DNA of 64,000 nt from Squalus acanthias (GCA_030390025.1 JASTWF010000036.1:2854001-2918000), one strand, 5' to 3'. Counted from the stretch's first letter, positions 48,968 through 62,475 are shown. Numbers and translations: made by a program. The notes: generated by a model not told the origin, from the letters alone.

Positions 48968-50094
48968 TGTCAGTATTTGCAGCACTTCAATGCTGTAGAA
49001 CACTGACAGCATAAATGTTGAAAAAAAGTTGGCCATGGTCCCTTTAAGGAAACCGGCTGATGACGCATCATGAATGACATCACCAGACCCGCTTCCTCTA
49101 ATTGGGCCGGGAAACGCGCTGGGCGGGCTTAGCAAGCCCCATCAACAGAAAATCATTTTCCAGAGCTGGATGGACCCGCCACCAACATCGCCCACCACGG
49201 ACCCGCCGAGGTAAGGAAAATCTCGGCCTAAATGTTTTCAGTTTGGGCATCCAGTGTTACATCTGACTGAGTAGTGACTGATGCTCCCATGGTCAAGCTA
49301 TCTCAACTGCATACCATGGGAGCTTAATCGCTTCCTGCTTAGGGTAGGTATTGAGTTCGGCACAGATTAGGCAATGGGTACAGCTCCCTCCACCCTGCCT
49401 CAGCTCGTGTACCTCTCCCCAATCCTAGAAGAGCACCCCTACTGCACCATTTTGGTATTTTCCATTTCCCACACCAGCCATGTTGACGCCTCCACAGTTT
49501 ACAATTTAAAAATAAATTACGATTGATCCCACCAGGCAGGAGGATTAAAAAAAACATTTTAGTAAACTGAATGAGGGATTATACTTTACATTGAAAGTAA
49601 CTTTACCCAAAAAGGATGTTCCTCTTTAACCGATCACAGAGCAGCATCCGTGTCAGAAGGCTGCTCCTATTCTGTCAGTTGACTGATGAAAAGTTAAACT
49701 ACCACAATGTAAAGGGATTGGGGGTGAGTGGAATCCCATGAATTAAGTTATGTTTACACTGGAGAAGTAGAGAACATTCTGATTGACAACTGGAGCTGAA
49801 TTAATTTTCTCTACTTCAATTCCTGAACCATTCACATGCAGAAAGTCAAATTCTAATCAGAAGAGTGAGATTTTGCACCAAGTCTGTCAGCACAGTCCTG
49901 CATGGGCCTCTGACACCACTCCTCCTCATTTACTAAAATGTACACCTTGTTCTTTAACTGATCAAAATCAACAGCCCTGGGAAAAATGGGGCTTAAGGTT
50001 CTAGTTCCTATGATGAAGGGCATTTGTTTGAAGTAGTTTCCAATAACAGTCACTTCTTCAGAAATGCTCATTAGAAACAGCTCAGTTGTTGTTG

Positions 50095-50711
50095 CCTCAG
50101 AGACATGGACCATGTACAGCAGGCACCTCAAAGCGCTGGAGAGGTACCACCAACGCTGTCTCCGCAAGATCCTGCAAATCCATTGGCAGGATAGGCGCAC
50201 CAACGTCAGTGTTCTTGCTCAGGCCAACAACCCCAGCATCGAACCTTTGACCACACTCGATCAGCTCCGATGGACGGGTCACATTGTCCGCATGCCCGAT
50301 ACGAGACTCCCAAAACAAGCGCTCTACTCGGAGCCCCGGCACGGCAAGAGAGCCCCAGGTGGGCAGAGGAAACGCTTCAAGGACACCCTCAAAGCCTCCT
50401 TGAAAAAGTGTAACATCCCTACCGACACCTGGGAATCCCTGGCCCAAGACCGCGCAAAGTGGAGGAGAAGCATCCGGGAAGGCGCCGAACACCTCGAGGC
50501 TCTTCGCCGGGAGCAAGCAGAAGCCAAGCGCAGGCAGCGGAAGTAGCGCACGTCAACCCAAGCACCCCACCCACCCGCCCCTTCAACCACCATCTGCCCC
50601 ACCTGTGACAGAGACTGTAGGTCCCGCATTGGACTCATCAGTCACCTGAGAACTCATTTTTAGTGTGGAAGCAAGTCATCCTCGGTTCCGAGGGACTGCC
50701 TAAGAAGAGAA
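50095..50711 (+). mobile_element. RTE-clade LINE 3' fragment
   Basis: ORF 50064..50546; near-identical to the copies at 30218 and 62476. Confidence 0.9.
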
Positions 50712-51129
50712 GGGGAAAGGTCCTGTGCAATTTATTACAATTTCCTCGTTTAACAAGAGAAACTGTAGGACTGGTCATTTTTTATATTGATGACAAATTT
50801 CAACTTCCCTGCACCTGACCAATGCCTGCTCTATAGTATACTGAAACACAGTTGAGCTTGTACCTAGGTCAAACTAACTCCTACTAACATATATATAATA
50901 TACTGGAGCCTTTCATCATGGCTTTATCAAAACCCTTAATGGATTCTTCATGACTCCTTCTTTATGAAGGAAGTGTTGCAAATACTCTTTTGATGTCAAT
51001 TGCTAGAACATACTTGTATGGCTCCAAAATAACACTATAACTTCACAATATTGCGATTCCTTCTTTAAAGGTGTGCGCAAGAGGCTCCACAAGGGGACAC
51101 TGAAAGCTTACATTTCACTAAGGTGGGTA

Positions 51130-51242
51130 AAAAGAAAGAAAGACTTGCATTTATTTAGCATCTTTCATGACCTCAGGTCATCCCAAAGCGCTTTCCAGTC
51201 AATGAAGTGCTTTTGAAGCGTAGTCACTGTTGTAATGTAGGT
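51130..51242 (-). mobile_element. DeuSINE 3' tail fragment
   Basis: AAGAAAGAAAGACTTGCATTTAT...CCCAAAGCGCTTT...GTAGTCACTGTTGTAATGTAGG. Confidence 0.75.
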
Positions 51243-51299
51243 ATGAAGCTGACGTAGATCCAGGAGTCTCAGTTGATTCAATATTCAGTATGTCCAACC

Positions 51300-51880
51300 A
51301 ATGCAGGGCAGTAATCAACAACTCCAATAGAATGTTGTACCATATACCCAAACAGTAGAATATAAATCAGAGGAGCTCACGTTCAAACTGTGCAGTGCTC
51401 TAATCAGACTGCACCTTGAAAACCTAATCCAGTTCTAGTTGTCAAGAACAAGAGAGACATTCAAGTGCTGGAGGCAGTGCAGAGAAAAGCTGATCCTCAG
51501 TGTCAGGACTATGAGTTATGGGGAAAGACTTGGTTTTTTGAGCCTAGAAACGAGGCATCAGAGAGGTGATCTTATCAACATTTCCAAGTTTGTTAAGAGA
51601 CTAGAAAACAAAAACCTGAAATACTATTTTAAATTAAGTAGGAGTAGGATAAGGGAACACAGGATCAAACTAGTAAAAGTTAACGTTAGGAGTGATGTCA
51701 GAAAATTCTTCTTTACACAGAGTGATTAATGTGTGAAATCAACTTCCAGATAGAGTGATGGAGGCAAAGACCATGGGATCATTTAAAAAACATTGAATGC
51801 AGCAATGGGAGGACCTTAGGATGCTTTTGGATGGATGAATTAAGATGGGGCGCATGACCTCCCTTATCCATAATTATTGC
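51300..51880 (+). mobile_element. Old degenerate CR1 3' fragment
   Basis: MSYGERLGFLSLETRHQRGDLI...DVRKFFFTQ in ORF 51439..51729. Confidence 0.7.
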
Positions 51881-53594
51881 TCTGCCAAAGTCAGGTAAGG
51901 CGACCTTCATGGAATGTGTCTGTTCGCCGCTGAGTCTGGTGGTGATTTGGTGGATTTAAATGGGAAAGGCGGCCTCAGAATAGCAGGTAATCAACTGCAG
52001 CTAGCAGGCACACTCCGCAAGGATTCTAATGGACCAGCTTCCATTAGGAGCAGGCAGATCCAACGTGGCAGACCAGGGGGCAACTATCGCTGGTGCCACT
52101 TTCCATTGGAGGCACTGGTCCTCAAGATGGACTCTGCTGCCTGCAACAAGACAAGTGTTGGGCTCTTCATGTTACAGGGCTGCCTCCGATGGTGCTCTTG
52201 CAGTTGGAGGCAACCCGATTGTACAAAGAGGGCACTACATCCCTTCTAGTTGCTTTGTCCAGGCTGGCTAAGATGGAGTCCACTATTTTTCTTTTGCTTC
52301 CAAATGTTATTTTTTTTTTCATGAAGCCTAATTAAACTTTGGTTGAAATGAGTAATATGGAATTCCCTTAAGGTTTCACTTTCAAAAGCAGTGAAGCCGA
52401 GTCCATTCAGTCCAAACAAAAGAGATACTGTCTCCTTAATGGTTCTTTACTCGATAGATCATTCATCTGAGCTTTAATCTAGTTATTAATGCAATAAAAC
52501 CTTCATTTGCCCAGTTGTAAAAGGCTTGTAAATCACAAGCCAATCTTTCCCCCATTCCAATTTTATTTAAGAAAAACATTGCGTATGGCCTCGCATAATT
52601 AAATGTCTCATAATGGTCCTGCTTCAAAATAAAACAGGACACAGCAACCCAAGGTCACTCTAAGTTAGGTCTAGTCAATCAAATGAGTTTGTTGAGTACA
52701 TGACAGGGAAAGGATTTATTTTTGGAATGGGGGGGAGGGGGTGGAGTGCATAAGAAGGTAATTGAATCCATTGATGTTTTGTGCAGCATGGTCTGTTTGG
52801 CAAAGGAAAGTCAAATTTATACAATGTAGATTTGAGTTTATTACAATGGTTTCCTGTTTATGATAGCATGGTATTTTTTTTAAAACAGTAGAGTCGTGTT
52901 TTTAATATTTAAATTGGAATTTCCTGATTTCAGATTACTTTGCATGAGTTTAAATACATGGCAACTCTGCAAATTCTCACTGTACCTGCCCAAGATGGTG
53001 AAAAATTTAAATTTTAAAAAGTAGATATTTTCCAACTCAAAAAACTTGTGTGTGAACAAAACGTTTGCAGACTGACAAAAGCATAAATAAAGCACCCATC
53101 TGGTGGTTGTCATAGCTCACTGGCTGTTGAGTGAGCTTCAATAACTAACAAGGTATACAAATTAACCTTTCATATAGTGAAAGGGACTTCCTTTCTGCAG
53201 CCCGCTCCCACCGCCCCTGAGTACGGTCTGGATGAATGCATTATACAGAGAAAAAAAATCAGTTGAACTATGAAAACACACCTCATCAGTCTTCCTCACA
53301 TTTCTTTGCTGTCAGTCCCATAAAGATACAACACCAGACTGGGTCTCATTTGTCAGAGTATGAAGTGGCAGTTAACAATGTAAACTTACATTCTTTATAC
53401 TGCATGTATCAAACATTTAACAATAATGCATATTTTTGTATGAAGGCCTATAATATCTTTTTTAAATGTTTTATGTTATCTATAACATGTAGTTCATGTT
53501 GTAAATGACAAATTGGACTAAAGAACCTAATTAGCTAACAAAATAGACAAATCGTTCCATATTTACACCACAGTTGTTATCTAGACTATAATAG

Positions 53595-54033
53595 AAAAAA
53601 GAACTTGCATTTCTATAGCGCCTTTCACGACGTTCCAAAGTGCTTTACAGCCAATTAAGTACTTTTGAAGTGAAGCCACTGTTATTTAACAAACACAGCA
53701 GACAATTTGCACACAGCAAGCTCCCACAAACAGCAATAAGAAAAATGACCAGTTAATCTGTTTTAGTGCTGTTGGTTGAGGGATAAATATTGGCCAGGAC
53801 ACTGGGGAGAACTCCCCTGCTCTTTTTCAAAATAGTGCCATGGGGTCTTTTACATCCACCTGAGAGGGTAGATGAGGCCTCAGTTTAACGTCTCACCCGA
53901 AAGATGGCACCTCCGACAGTGCAGCACTCCCTCAGCACTGCACTGGGAGTGTCAACATGGATTATGTGCTCAAGCCTCTGGACTGGGAACTTCTAACTCC
54001 GAGGCGAGAGTGCTACCAACTGAGCCACGGCTA
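53595..54033 (-). mobile_element. DeuSINE (SacSINE1-like), near full length
   Basis: Head AGCCGTGGCTCAGTTGGTAGCACT on the minus strand; central domain and L2-type tail as at 26426. Confidence 0.85.
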
Positions 54034-56029
54034 ATACCTAATACATTACTGGAATTGAGAAATGACCAAACCGATATAGCAATCTAGTATGGATGCCTGT
54101 AGCAGACAAACATCCAACTCTTGGGAGGAAAAAATTGCTCTGTGCATAATAGGTAGCACAGACTAAAGGGCTGGCTCTCCAATTGGCTGTTCACTGGTCA
54201 GGAAATCACAGGCCTATAATTCCTGATTTTCCATCCACTCAAATTAATGGGCAGAAAATCAAGGGCAGTGGACCTGCGATATCCTGGGCAATGCTCTCTG
54301 TGAGTGCCGCCCCTTTCTGGGGGCACCCAGTCAGGGAATCAACCTTTAAATGTCTGTCAAGGTATGCCAAGAGAGTGGTGGTGGAAGATTTCCATCAGAT
54401 GTTGTGAAATCATAAACTGATTTTCAATGTTTCTGCATCTAATGCAAAGAGGAATTCAGCTCCTGGTAATAAGCAGGTGCAGCACATCCTAATACAGAAC
54501 CCTTTCTTAATGAAGTTTTTACTCGTTAAGGAGCAAATGAAGGGTTTCTTCCAAAATTCCCAATGCTATTAATGGAAGAGGTGTATGTGATTCCTGATCA
54601 GACCTGGAAGGAATGGAAAGGGGTATAAATTGACATGAACCAGACTAACCAACATGGTGGGGGGTGGGGGGGTGGGGGGGGGGAAACAGTAGGGATGTTG
54701 AGACAAATGGACAAAATGGCATGGAGACTGCAAAAGAAATCACAGCTAGTCCTATTGGGAAGTGACCCACATTCAAGAAACATGCCATATGGAGGATCTG
54801 AACAGGGCCTGAGTGCCATAGCCAGCCAGAAGTTGAGTCCTTTCCTTCCACAAGGCCAGCAAGACAAGGATCGGGCTGGAAGCCTTCTGGCTGCTTTTTT
54901 GGATGGCAACCAGAAGGCTGAAAACTGGCAGCCATTACTACTGCTGTAGGCCTCTTGGGCCTACAGCAGTGGCTGAATTTCTGCCTCCATTTACAGCACA
55001 AGGTCCTGTCAAGGGATGGGCTTGTGCCTGTGGTACATTGGGCTGATTTAAACAATCTGAACCCACAAATTTAGGTGGGTCGAGCTCAGGTTAGGTGGAG
55101 CACACTTTGAGCGCATGCCACCTGATCTGCACCCAGGTCAGGAGTAGGAATATTGGAGCCATTATTTTTGGTTTTAAATGAAAATTGTCTTGATTTCATG
55201 CTATTCTTGTATGGTAGCTAGTGATACTGAAGTACATTTCAATGAAAGGCCAGGCAGAATAATAACTTGCAATTTAAAAGTGACTTGGCAGCATTATCAC
55301 AGGTGCATTTAGTGAAGCACCAGTTGCAATACATCCCACCTCAGAAAATGTACAGTGCTTTCCTGAGAGTGTGATTATAGATATAAAAAAAAGAATCTTA
55401 ACCCTCACTTAACTTTTAGTGAGCTAAGAGGACATTTTTCCTTCCTAGAACCACCAAGATGAATGTTGTGATTGGGTCAATATGATAAGGCAGTAAGGCA
55501 CTATACAATTCTAAATATTAGTATTGTTAATTTAGCGCTGCTATCTGCACTAGGAAATCAATTCTGGCTACTCAAACTCATCTCACATAGGAATCTTGTA
55601 GCCAGGTGAGACTTTCATCCCATTAGTCTAGGCTGGATTTGAACTTAGGCCCCAAAGGTAAATGGTCAGTATCTAATCCAGATCCCATTTGTCTCTCTCT
55701 TATAATTATGACTATAGAATTTTAAACCAAATTGTGCGTCATCCTTCTCTACACAATTCAACTGTGTGTGTGTCATTTTTTACTTCAATCCTTCCTGGAC
55801 CTCAGATGGTCCATAAGGGCAGTAATGAAGTGACATGATCATTTTGTTCCTAGGCGCTTCATCTGCATTGAGATCATGATTGTTCTGCGCCATAGATCTC
55901 TTGATCTACCAGGGCACCTTCTTCCCTGGGGTTGCCAGACCGAGGCTTGTTGAGGTAAACGTCTGTGATTCATTCTCAGTACATGGTGCACCAGAGCGTT
56001 TCTCCTCAACCCCACAGTCTACGTAACCA

Positions 56030-56379
56030 GAAAGGGCTTGCACTAGTGAAGGCCATGAAAGAGGTCAAACTCAAGGAGCTTAAAAAAAAGGTTGTGAAGG
56101 GGTAGGAGGAGAATAACAAAGGAAATGGCCCTGTAACTGGAACAGAGGAGGAGAATGGTGCTGGCCATGCAGATGAAAACACAGAGGAAGTAGAAGAGGA
56201 AGAGGAGGGAGAGGAAGATACTGAAGCTGAAGGCAGAAAGGAAGACGGTGTGAGGAGGAAGGAGAGGAAATGGGTGGACATGCAGTAAAGTGTCCAGCTG
56301 AAAAAAGGAGAAGGAAGTTGAGACAAAGAGGCAGAAGTCAGAAAATGGAGATTCTGTAAAAGCTGAGACAAAAGCTTAA
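56030..56379 (+). pseudogene. ptms: Processed pseudogene of a parathymosin/prothymosin-family gene
   Basis: My translation: EVKLKELKKKVVKG*EENNKGNGPVTGTEEENGAGHADENTEEVEEEEEGEED.../EEEGEEMGGHAVKCPAE/KEKEVETKRQKSENGDSVKAETKA*. Shows a K-(D/E)-LK-x-KK N-terminal motif, acidic core and KRQKxENG C-terminal NLS; intronless, one stop, two frameshifts; AT-rich UTR-like sequence with AATAAA follows. Confidence 0.75.
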
Positions 56380-56896
56380 ACATTTCTTCTTTTGAATTTT
56401 GATGGTGTGGTCAGCTCCCGATGTAGAGATTGTACTTTATTCCTGTATATTTGCAGAGTGTGGTGTTTTATACTGAACTGGTTCTCAAAAGTTGCTCTCC
56501 GGGAATATTTGTTTTCCTGTCAAGTTATTAAATGTTCTCAGTACAACCACATATGGGTTGGAACGCTGCAATAAATGTTTTTACATCGGTTCCAAAATGG
56601 GTTTAAAACTTGGATTATTCCATTTAAAAGCACATGCACTGACCATGTTGTTACTTCAAGAGATAATAGCTGCCCTTTCTTCATGTTGTAAATTGTGTTT
56701 AGAGTAGAGCTTTATATGGAATGAAGACCAAAGATTTGTTAACTGGGATTTTGGAGGGGGAGGGGGGCGGGGGGGTTGAGGGGAGAGGGGAAACCTGGTC
56801 TTCTATTCAATGCAAAATAAAAAATCGTTAAGTCTTCAGGCTCCATGATTTGTTGTTTTGGAATTGTTTGTGGTGTAAGACCATCCAGCAAAAATT

Positions 56897-57092
56897 GACA
56901 ATAACAACGTGCATTTATACAGCACCTTTAACGTAGTAAAACGTCCCAAAGGGCTTCACAGGAGCGATTATCAAACAAAACTTGACACCAAGCCACAGAA
57001 GGAGATATTGGGACAGGTGACGAAAAGCTTGATCAAAAGGTAGGTTTTAAGGAGCGTCTTAAAGGAGGAGAGAGGTAGAGAGGCGGGAGAGC
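56897..57092 (-). mobile_element. L2 3' terminal fragment
   Basis: Same 3' end as 7493-7680. Confidence 0.8.
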
Positions 57093-59117
57093 TACATTGT
57101 AATAACTACAAAAATTTATCATTAAACATTGGGTAAGAAATCTGACTGCCTTACTTGGCTATCACAGGCAAAGACATAAATATGTTTGGTTAGTCATTTA
57201 AAAACTAGTAAAGCGAGCAGGAACGACAAGACCCGAATTGAATTTCAAATCATACTAAGGCAACATTAAAGAAAACAACTCAAGTAGCATGCCAACTAAC
57301 GTTTTCCTGTCGTCCTGTGACATCCTTGGCAAGTCAATCAATCCTCAAAGCAAAGGTGGTGACAGCAGTTGATCCCCAAGTTAAATCACTGTTGCGAAAC
57401 ACTGACTGGGAAAATGAAATAAAGCCTTGCTTTGTTCAATCAGGCCAAGATCTTAATGGTGTTAGGTGAGAATAAGAGATTAGTCAATTAATCCAATTAA
57501 GTAGAAAACAGAGTTCAGATCAGGTAAGAAGTAAGTTGATTGAACTCAAATGATTAACACATGTTAAGTGTAATCTGATGTGCCCCCAAAACTGTAACCT
57601 TCACCTTGGTCTGGTTTTGTGGAAATTGGTTCAGATCTAAAGTGCCCTGCAGTTGTTGCAAGATTATCTCCCACCCCCACCCCCATGTATAGGAAGGAGC
57701 TGAAGGCAGCTACCATCAAACATGCTCTTCCTAAAGCCATCTGTTTCAAAGGTCTTGAAGGTTTAGCAACAGAGGTCAATTTGAGGAACATAGCTGTATG
57801 TACTCAGATTGCAAACCTTTCTTCTTTGTCTCCCACCCAATTTATAGCGTGGAAAGGTTTCCACTGGAAGCAATTCAGCAATGTGAAACTGCTACCTGTG
57901 CTCTGAACTCAGTTATTTATACCAAAGGCTTTCAAATGGGTATCCCTGGACCTGATAGGGATACAGAAAGCCTCCAAAGTCATCAGATTTCTATCCGTCT
58001 GTCATCAGGCATCTGTATTTTTCTATATTTCTTGGCAGACCAGCGCATTATTTCTGTTGCTGCATGTGACAAATGAGGCATTTTGGCTATGATGGATTGT
58101 GTTATTGGTTTCTGTCTTTTCTGGTCACAGTACGTGCAAGGTTAAAATGAAGGTTCACTTAAAGAAAACAGCACAAGCTTTTTGATACAGAGAGTTAGAC
58201 AACTGGCTGATACAGATATGAAGGGCAGATACATACATAAATTGGAAATCTGTACCTGCTGGTCAGTTTGTGTTCAAAATATGGCACAAATGGGCTTTGC
58301 CTACACACCAGTAGTCACTGCACTTCAAATACAAATATATTGTGTGAAATGCTATGGGACAGTTCAATGTGGAAGGCACCGTATAAATGCAATTATTGTA
58401 GTTTCAATAGGTAAAACATTTGCCGCGTTAAAATTTAATTGAAGGATTTCAAAGAACGCCATTGATTTTATATATTTCATTACTTCAGGGACCTTTCAAA
58501 GAGCTAACGGTTTCTATTGTTAAATGCAAAACCTTTGCCCCGGTATAAAATACAGCATCTGTTTATGATAAAAATAGAATTCTATCAGTGTCAAACCATG
58601 GAGATGCTAAGCAGAACAGGTAGCAGCACGAGATCACTCTGTTAAGTCCCACCAGATGCACTGATGATGCTGGAGGAAAGATACTCCATGACCGTGTATG
58701 GATGACCATCAATGCTTTACTCGTTGACTTGTTTGAACCATGTCCGGACAATCAGGAAAGTGATTTTCCAGTGCATTTACATGGAACTGTCTTTTGTTTT
58801 AAGTGGACGGGTCCCACCCACCCAGGTAGTCTTCACAAGTGGAGCATTTTGAACACAGGACAAGAAGGTTTTATGGTTTCTCCTCATGACTTGCCTTCTC
58901 CACACGTTTACCTCGGTTTTCCATCCCGCTCAGCGCCTTCAATGCATCCATTTGCTTCCTTTTCCTAGCTCGCATGGTGTGTGACATTTTAGCAATCCTC
59001 CCTCTGAACATACACTAAGGAGGATGAGGTAGCTTCAGTTCACAATAGATTTCCTAATGGAACAAGAGAGAGGAGAAACCAGAGGTAGAGACGGGTGGGG
59101 ACAACAATTATGTTTAC

Positions 59118-59332
59118 ACCAACAACAACTTGTATTTATATAGAGTCTTCAACCTAGTAAAACATCCCAAGGCGCTTCACAGGAGCGATTATCAAACAAA
59201 ATTTGACCCCGAGCCACATAAGGCGATATTAGGTCAGGTGACCAAAAGCTTGGTCAAAGAGGTAGGTTTTAAGGAGCGTCTTAAAGGAGGAGAGAGAGGA
59301 GGAGAGATTGAGGGAGGGAATTCCAGAGCATA
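59118..59332 (-). mobile_element. L2 3' terminal fragment
   Basis: Same 3' end as 7493-7700. Confidence 0.8.
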
Positions 59333-60659
59333 GATGGCTGTGTTATTGGAGGATTTTTTCAAAATTTCTGAAAGTTTTAATATGAATTTATGGAATTACT
59401 TTTTGGGGACAATTTTTAATGGCTCATCACAGTAAGTTTGGTTTAAAACATCTCAAAAACAATAGGCCATTGTGGACCACTGAGTCACTGCAAAGTTGAC
59501 TGTAAGTAAAGCATTTACAGGACTGGAGTAGAACAGCAACAAGTGAAAAAAAGAGGCCACACGAAAATATATTTTTCCAATACCAACTTTCACGGGAGCT
59601 GAGAGATTCACACGGCATCTAGATTTAAGCTGCTGAGTCCTGTGGCCAACAGCAAGTGAAGATAAAGTTTCCGATGAGTGGATTTGGATATACCCAAAGT
59701 ATGTTACTTCATAGTTGAAATGGTACAAGATCGAAGAAGGCATGCCAGGGAGATCACCAGGCACCTTAGCCACACTGGTCCCATCTGTCATGATGACATC
59801 AACCACACCTACAGGCCTTGGCACATCTACCTGCCCGTGACTGAGTAGAGCTGGCTCCACAGGCTCTGGGTCTGAGTCAGCAGTCAGCCAGTTGCAGAGC
59901 TTTGCCTCTGCTGCAAGGAAACCTTCAGCCAACCTGCAGCCTAGGCATGGCACTACCAGTGGCAGTCAAGGTCACCGTCACCCTCAACGTTTCTGCCTCC
60001 AACTTATGCCAGGCTAGCACTGCTGTATCAGCTAATATGTTGGCTGTAGTTGTATGCAACAGGTGACTGATGCACTGGTCAGCACTTTAATCTCCGTTTT
60101 TATTGAAGAGCAACAGGAGTAGAACACGAGATGCCTAAGTTCACCACACTACTGCGTTTCCTAAAGCACAGGGAGCTATTGATGGCAGCCACGGGGCCAT
60201 CTGACCAGCAGGTCCTTGCCTCTCCTCTCCACCACCACTTGCTCCTTCTCACCTGTGCACTTGGACTTTCACGATGGTACCTCCTTAAGCTCACTTGCTG
60301 CATCCTCCAGCATGTGTGTTGGTGCTTGACATAGTTGGTGAAAGAGATGCACAGTGCCATCTTGTCCTGGCCCATGAGCAGCATTGAAAGGCTATAGTTC
60401 CAGACCAACAATGACAGTAAAGTGACCAATGACAGTAAAGTGACTAATGTTATAATGCTGCCTCCAAGAGGTACCTTTCAACAGAACTTACATTACAAGA
60501 TAATTACTGTGTATGCGTGTATGACTGTGTAGGAGTAAGAGAGAGAGATGAGTGGCAAGGCATGAGAAATGGATGATACCAGCTCGTAGCTTGGAGGAGG
60601 CCTACAGCATTACCTTCTTTTTTATTCCCTCGTTGAGCTTCTAGATAAGACATGCACAG

Positions 60660-60800
60660 GACATGTACTTGAAGAAGACTAATTTGCAGGGTTATGGGGG
60701 AAAAGCTGGGGAGTGGGACTAAATTGGATAGCTCTTTCAAAGAGCTGGCACAGGCAGGACAGGCCGGATGGCCTCCTTTTGTGCTGTAAGATTCTATGAT
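60660..60800 (+). mobile_element. CR1 3' terminal fragment
   Basis: Matches 37550-37683; tail GATTCTATGATTCTA. Confidence 0.75.
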
Positions 60801-61249
60801 TCTAGGATAAGATAATCCAATGTGTCTTCTTCCAAGGAAGAGGAGGGATGGTCATTTCTGAGCCCTTCTCCTGTTTCGGTCTGTTCACTTGTATTAGGTG
60901 CCAGCTTGTTGTGCAAGCAGAGAAGTAGTCTTGACAAACTGCACAATGACAGACACGTGCTGAAGCTGCAACCCATCCTGGGGGATCATTAAGTGACCAT
61001 GCATCACGTGGCTTGTATTACAGAGCTTTCATGTGTAAAGTCCCTTGAAGACATGAATGTGCCAAGGCTTTCAATTGTACATTACAACTATAATTGACCT
61101 ACGGGTCTGCATGGTCAGCAGTGAAAGAACTGTAAGGTTGTGAGAGGATTTGGCAAGGGCTGACATTAAATGTGCAACAGGTTGTCCAGCAACACTTTGC
61201 AGTATACGTACATGGGCCAAGTATCTGGTAAGTGGAACCATTGAGAAGG

Positions 61250-61589
61250 ACTACCGTGGCAGCTTCTTAAGGTTGTGCCATCTTGTTCCTTTTCTGTATC
61301 CAGATCTTGCAAAAAGTACGTGCACTATTGAGCATGGCTGCTACTTCCTGCCAGGTATCCTGCCCTACTGTCCTCTGGGGAGTGTGCCTTGGATGGCAAA
61401 CAGGGCAACCTTCCTTGTCCCCACCTCATGAAGCAGCAGCTCCAGTTCACCAGCCAGGAAGTGCACGAGATATGCCAAACTAGTACGCCATTCATTTCTG
61501 CGGGGGCTCTCCTGATCGTTAGCTGTGACTAAAACAAGGTTTTGCGGATCTTACGGCAGACGAACAGGACAGCACAGAAATTCAACCCC
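61250..61589 (-). mobile_element. End of a second, older Harbinger-type element with decayed Myb/SANT exon
   Basis: Minus strand translates VHFLAGELELLLHEVGTRKVALF.../DTWQEVAAMLNS...KIWIQ/RWHNLKK across frameshifts; terminus GGGGTTGAATTTCTG at 61589 resembles the family TIR. Other end not located. Confidence 0.55.
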
Positions 61590-62475
61590 TTGATGTATTA
61601 TGGAGAGAAGAGAGAGAAAATTGTTAAGTTTATCGGAAATTCTCGACATCAAAAGGAGTTAAGCGTTGAGCCTGACACTTAAGGGATTGAGATCAGGAAA
61701 CTGAAATAGAACATGAGTTCTTCTGCAATTTGGGCTTATGCAGAAAGAAAGGCTCAACTTGCACTTCCTGCCTAAGGAATACACTACACTGATACTAAAA
61801 GTTTTATGAGAAGATAAAACTAATTGAATTCACTGAACCAGAAACTAGAACTTTGTTTATTGAGTCTATAGACTCTTATATTCAATCCACAGACATTCTT
61901 ATGAATGGTAATTGATCCATTATGGACTCTCACTGAATGCATATTTTGATCTAGATTGTAATGATAGCATTTGCTAATTTTATGCTTCAAATGATAAATA
62001 AAGGCATTTGTTCCTTTACCTGTAAACTTCTGGTGTGTGTAGTAATGTACAGCATTTCAAAAAGAGTTTGGTAGAGTGCATGAGAACATGAAATCCATTA
62101 ATCAAATTACTACAAGTGGGATCATCATTCAACCTTTGGATACACACTTCTGCTAGGGCAGAGTATAGAAAAGGAACAGCTTCCGGTGCTGTAGGACAAA
62201 GTCTGCTCACGGGAGCTGCTTGTTATAATTTGGGCTGTCTCCAAACATTTTTAACTCATGCTCACAACAAAAAGGCATTATCCATAGGCAGACCCACATC
62301 ATATCTGAACGAAAACTTGCTCTCTTATGCATGACATGAAGGCAATAGCCTGCCACAGGATTAACAATTACCCTTTTATTATGCAATAGACATGTAGGAT
62401 GCCATCGTGGTTGACAGTCCACGCCCAAAGGCTGTAAAAATCTTTCTGTCAGACTACTACATAAGAACGCAGTAA

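Larger units (their letters stand above)
47349..49228. mobile_element. Non-autonomous PIF/Harbinger DNA transposon, copy B
   Basis: TIRs GGCCGGAATTTTCC and GGAAAATCTCGGCC; canonical TAA TSD (47346-48, 49229-31); convergent transposase remnant (+) and Myb/SANT exon (-). Confidence 0.88.

Noticed and set aside
56006..56383. 125-aa Ser/Phe-rich minus-strand ORF
   Set aside because: It is the antisense shadow of the purine-rich parathymosin-like retrocopy.
60409..60449. 18-bp tandem duplication CAATGACAGTAAAGTGAC
   Set aside because: Two copies only; an ordinary slippage duplication.
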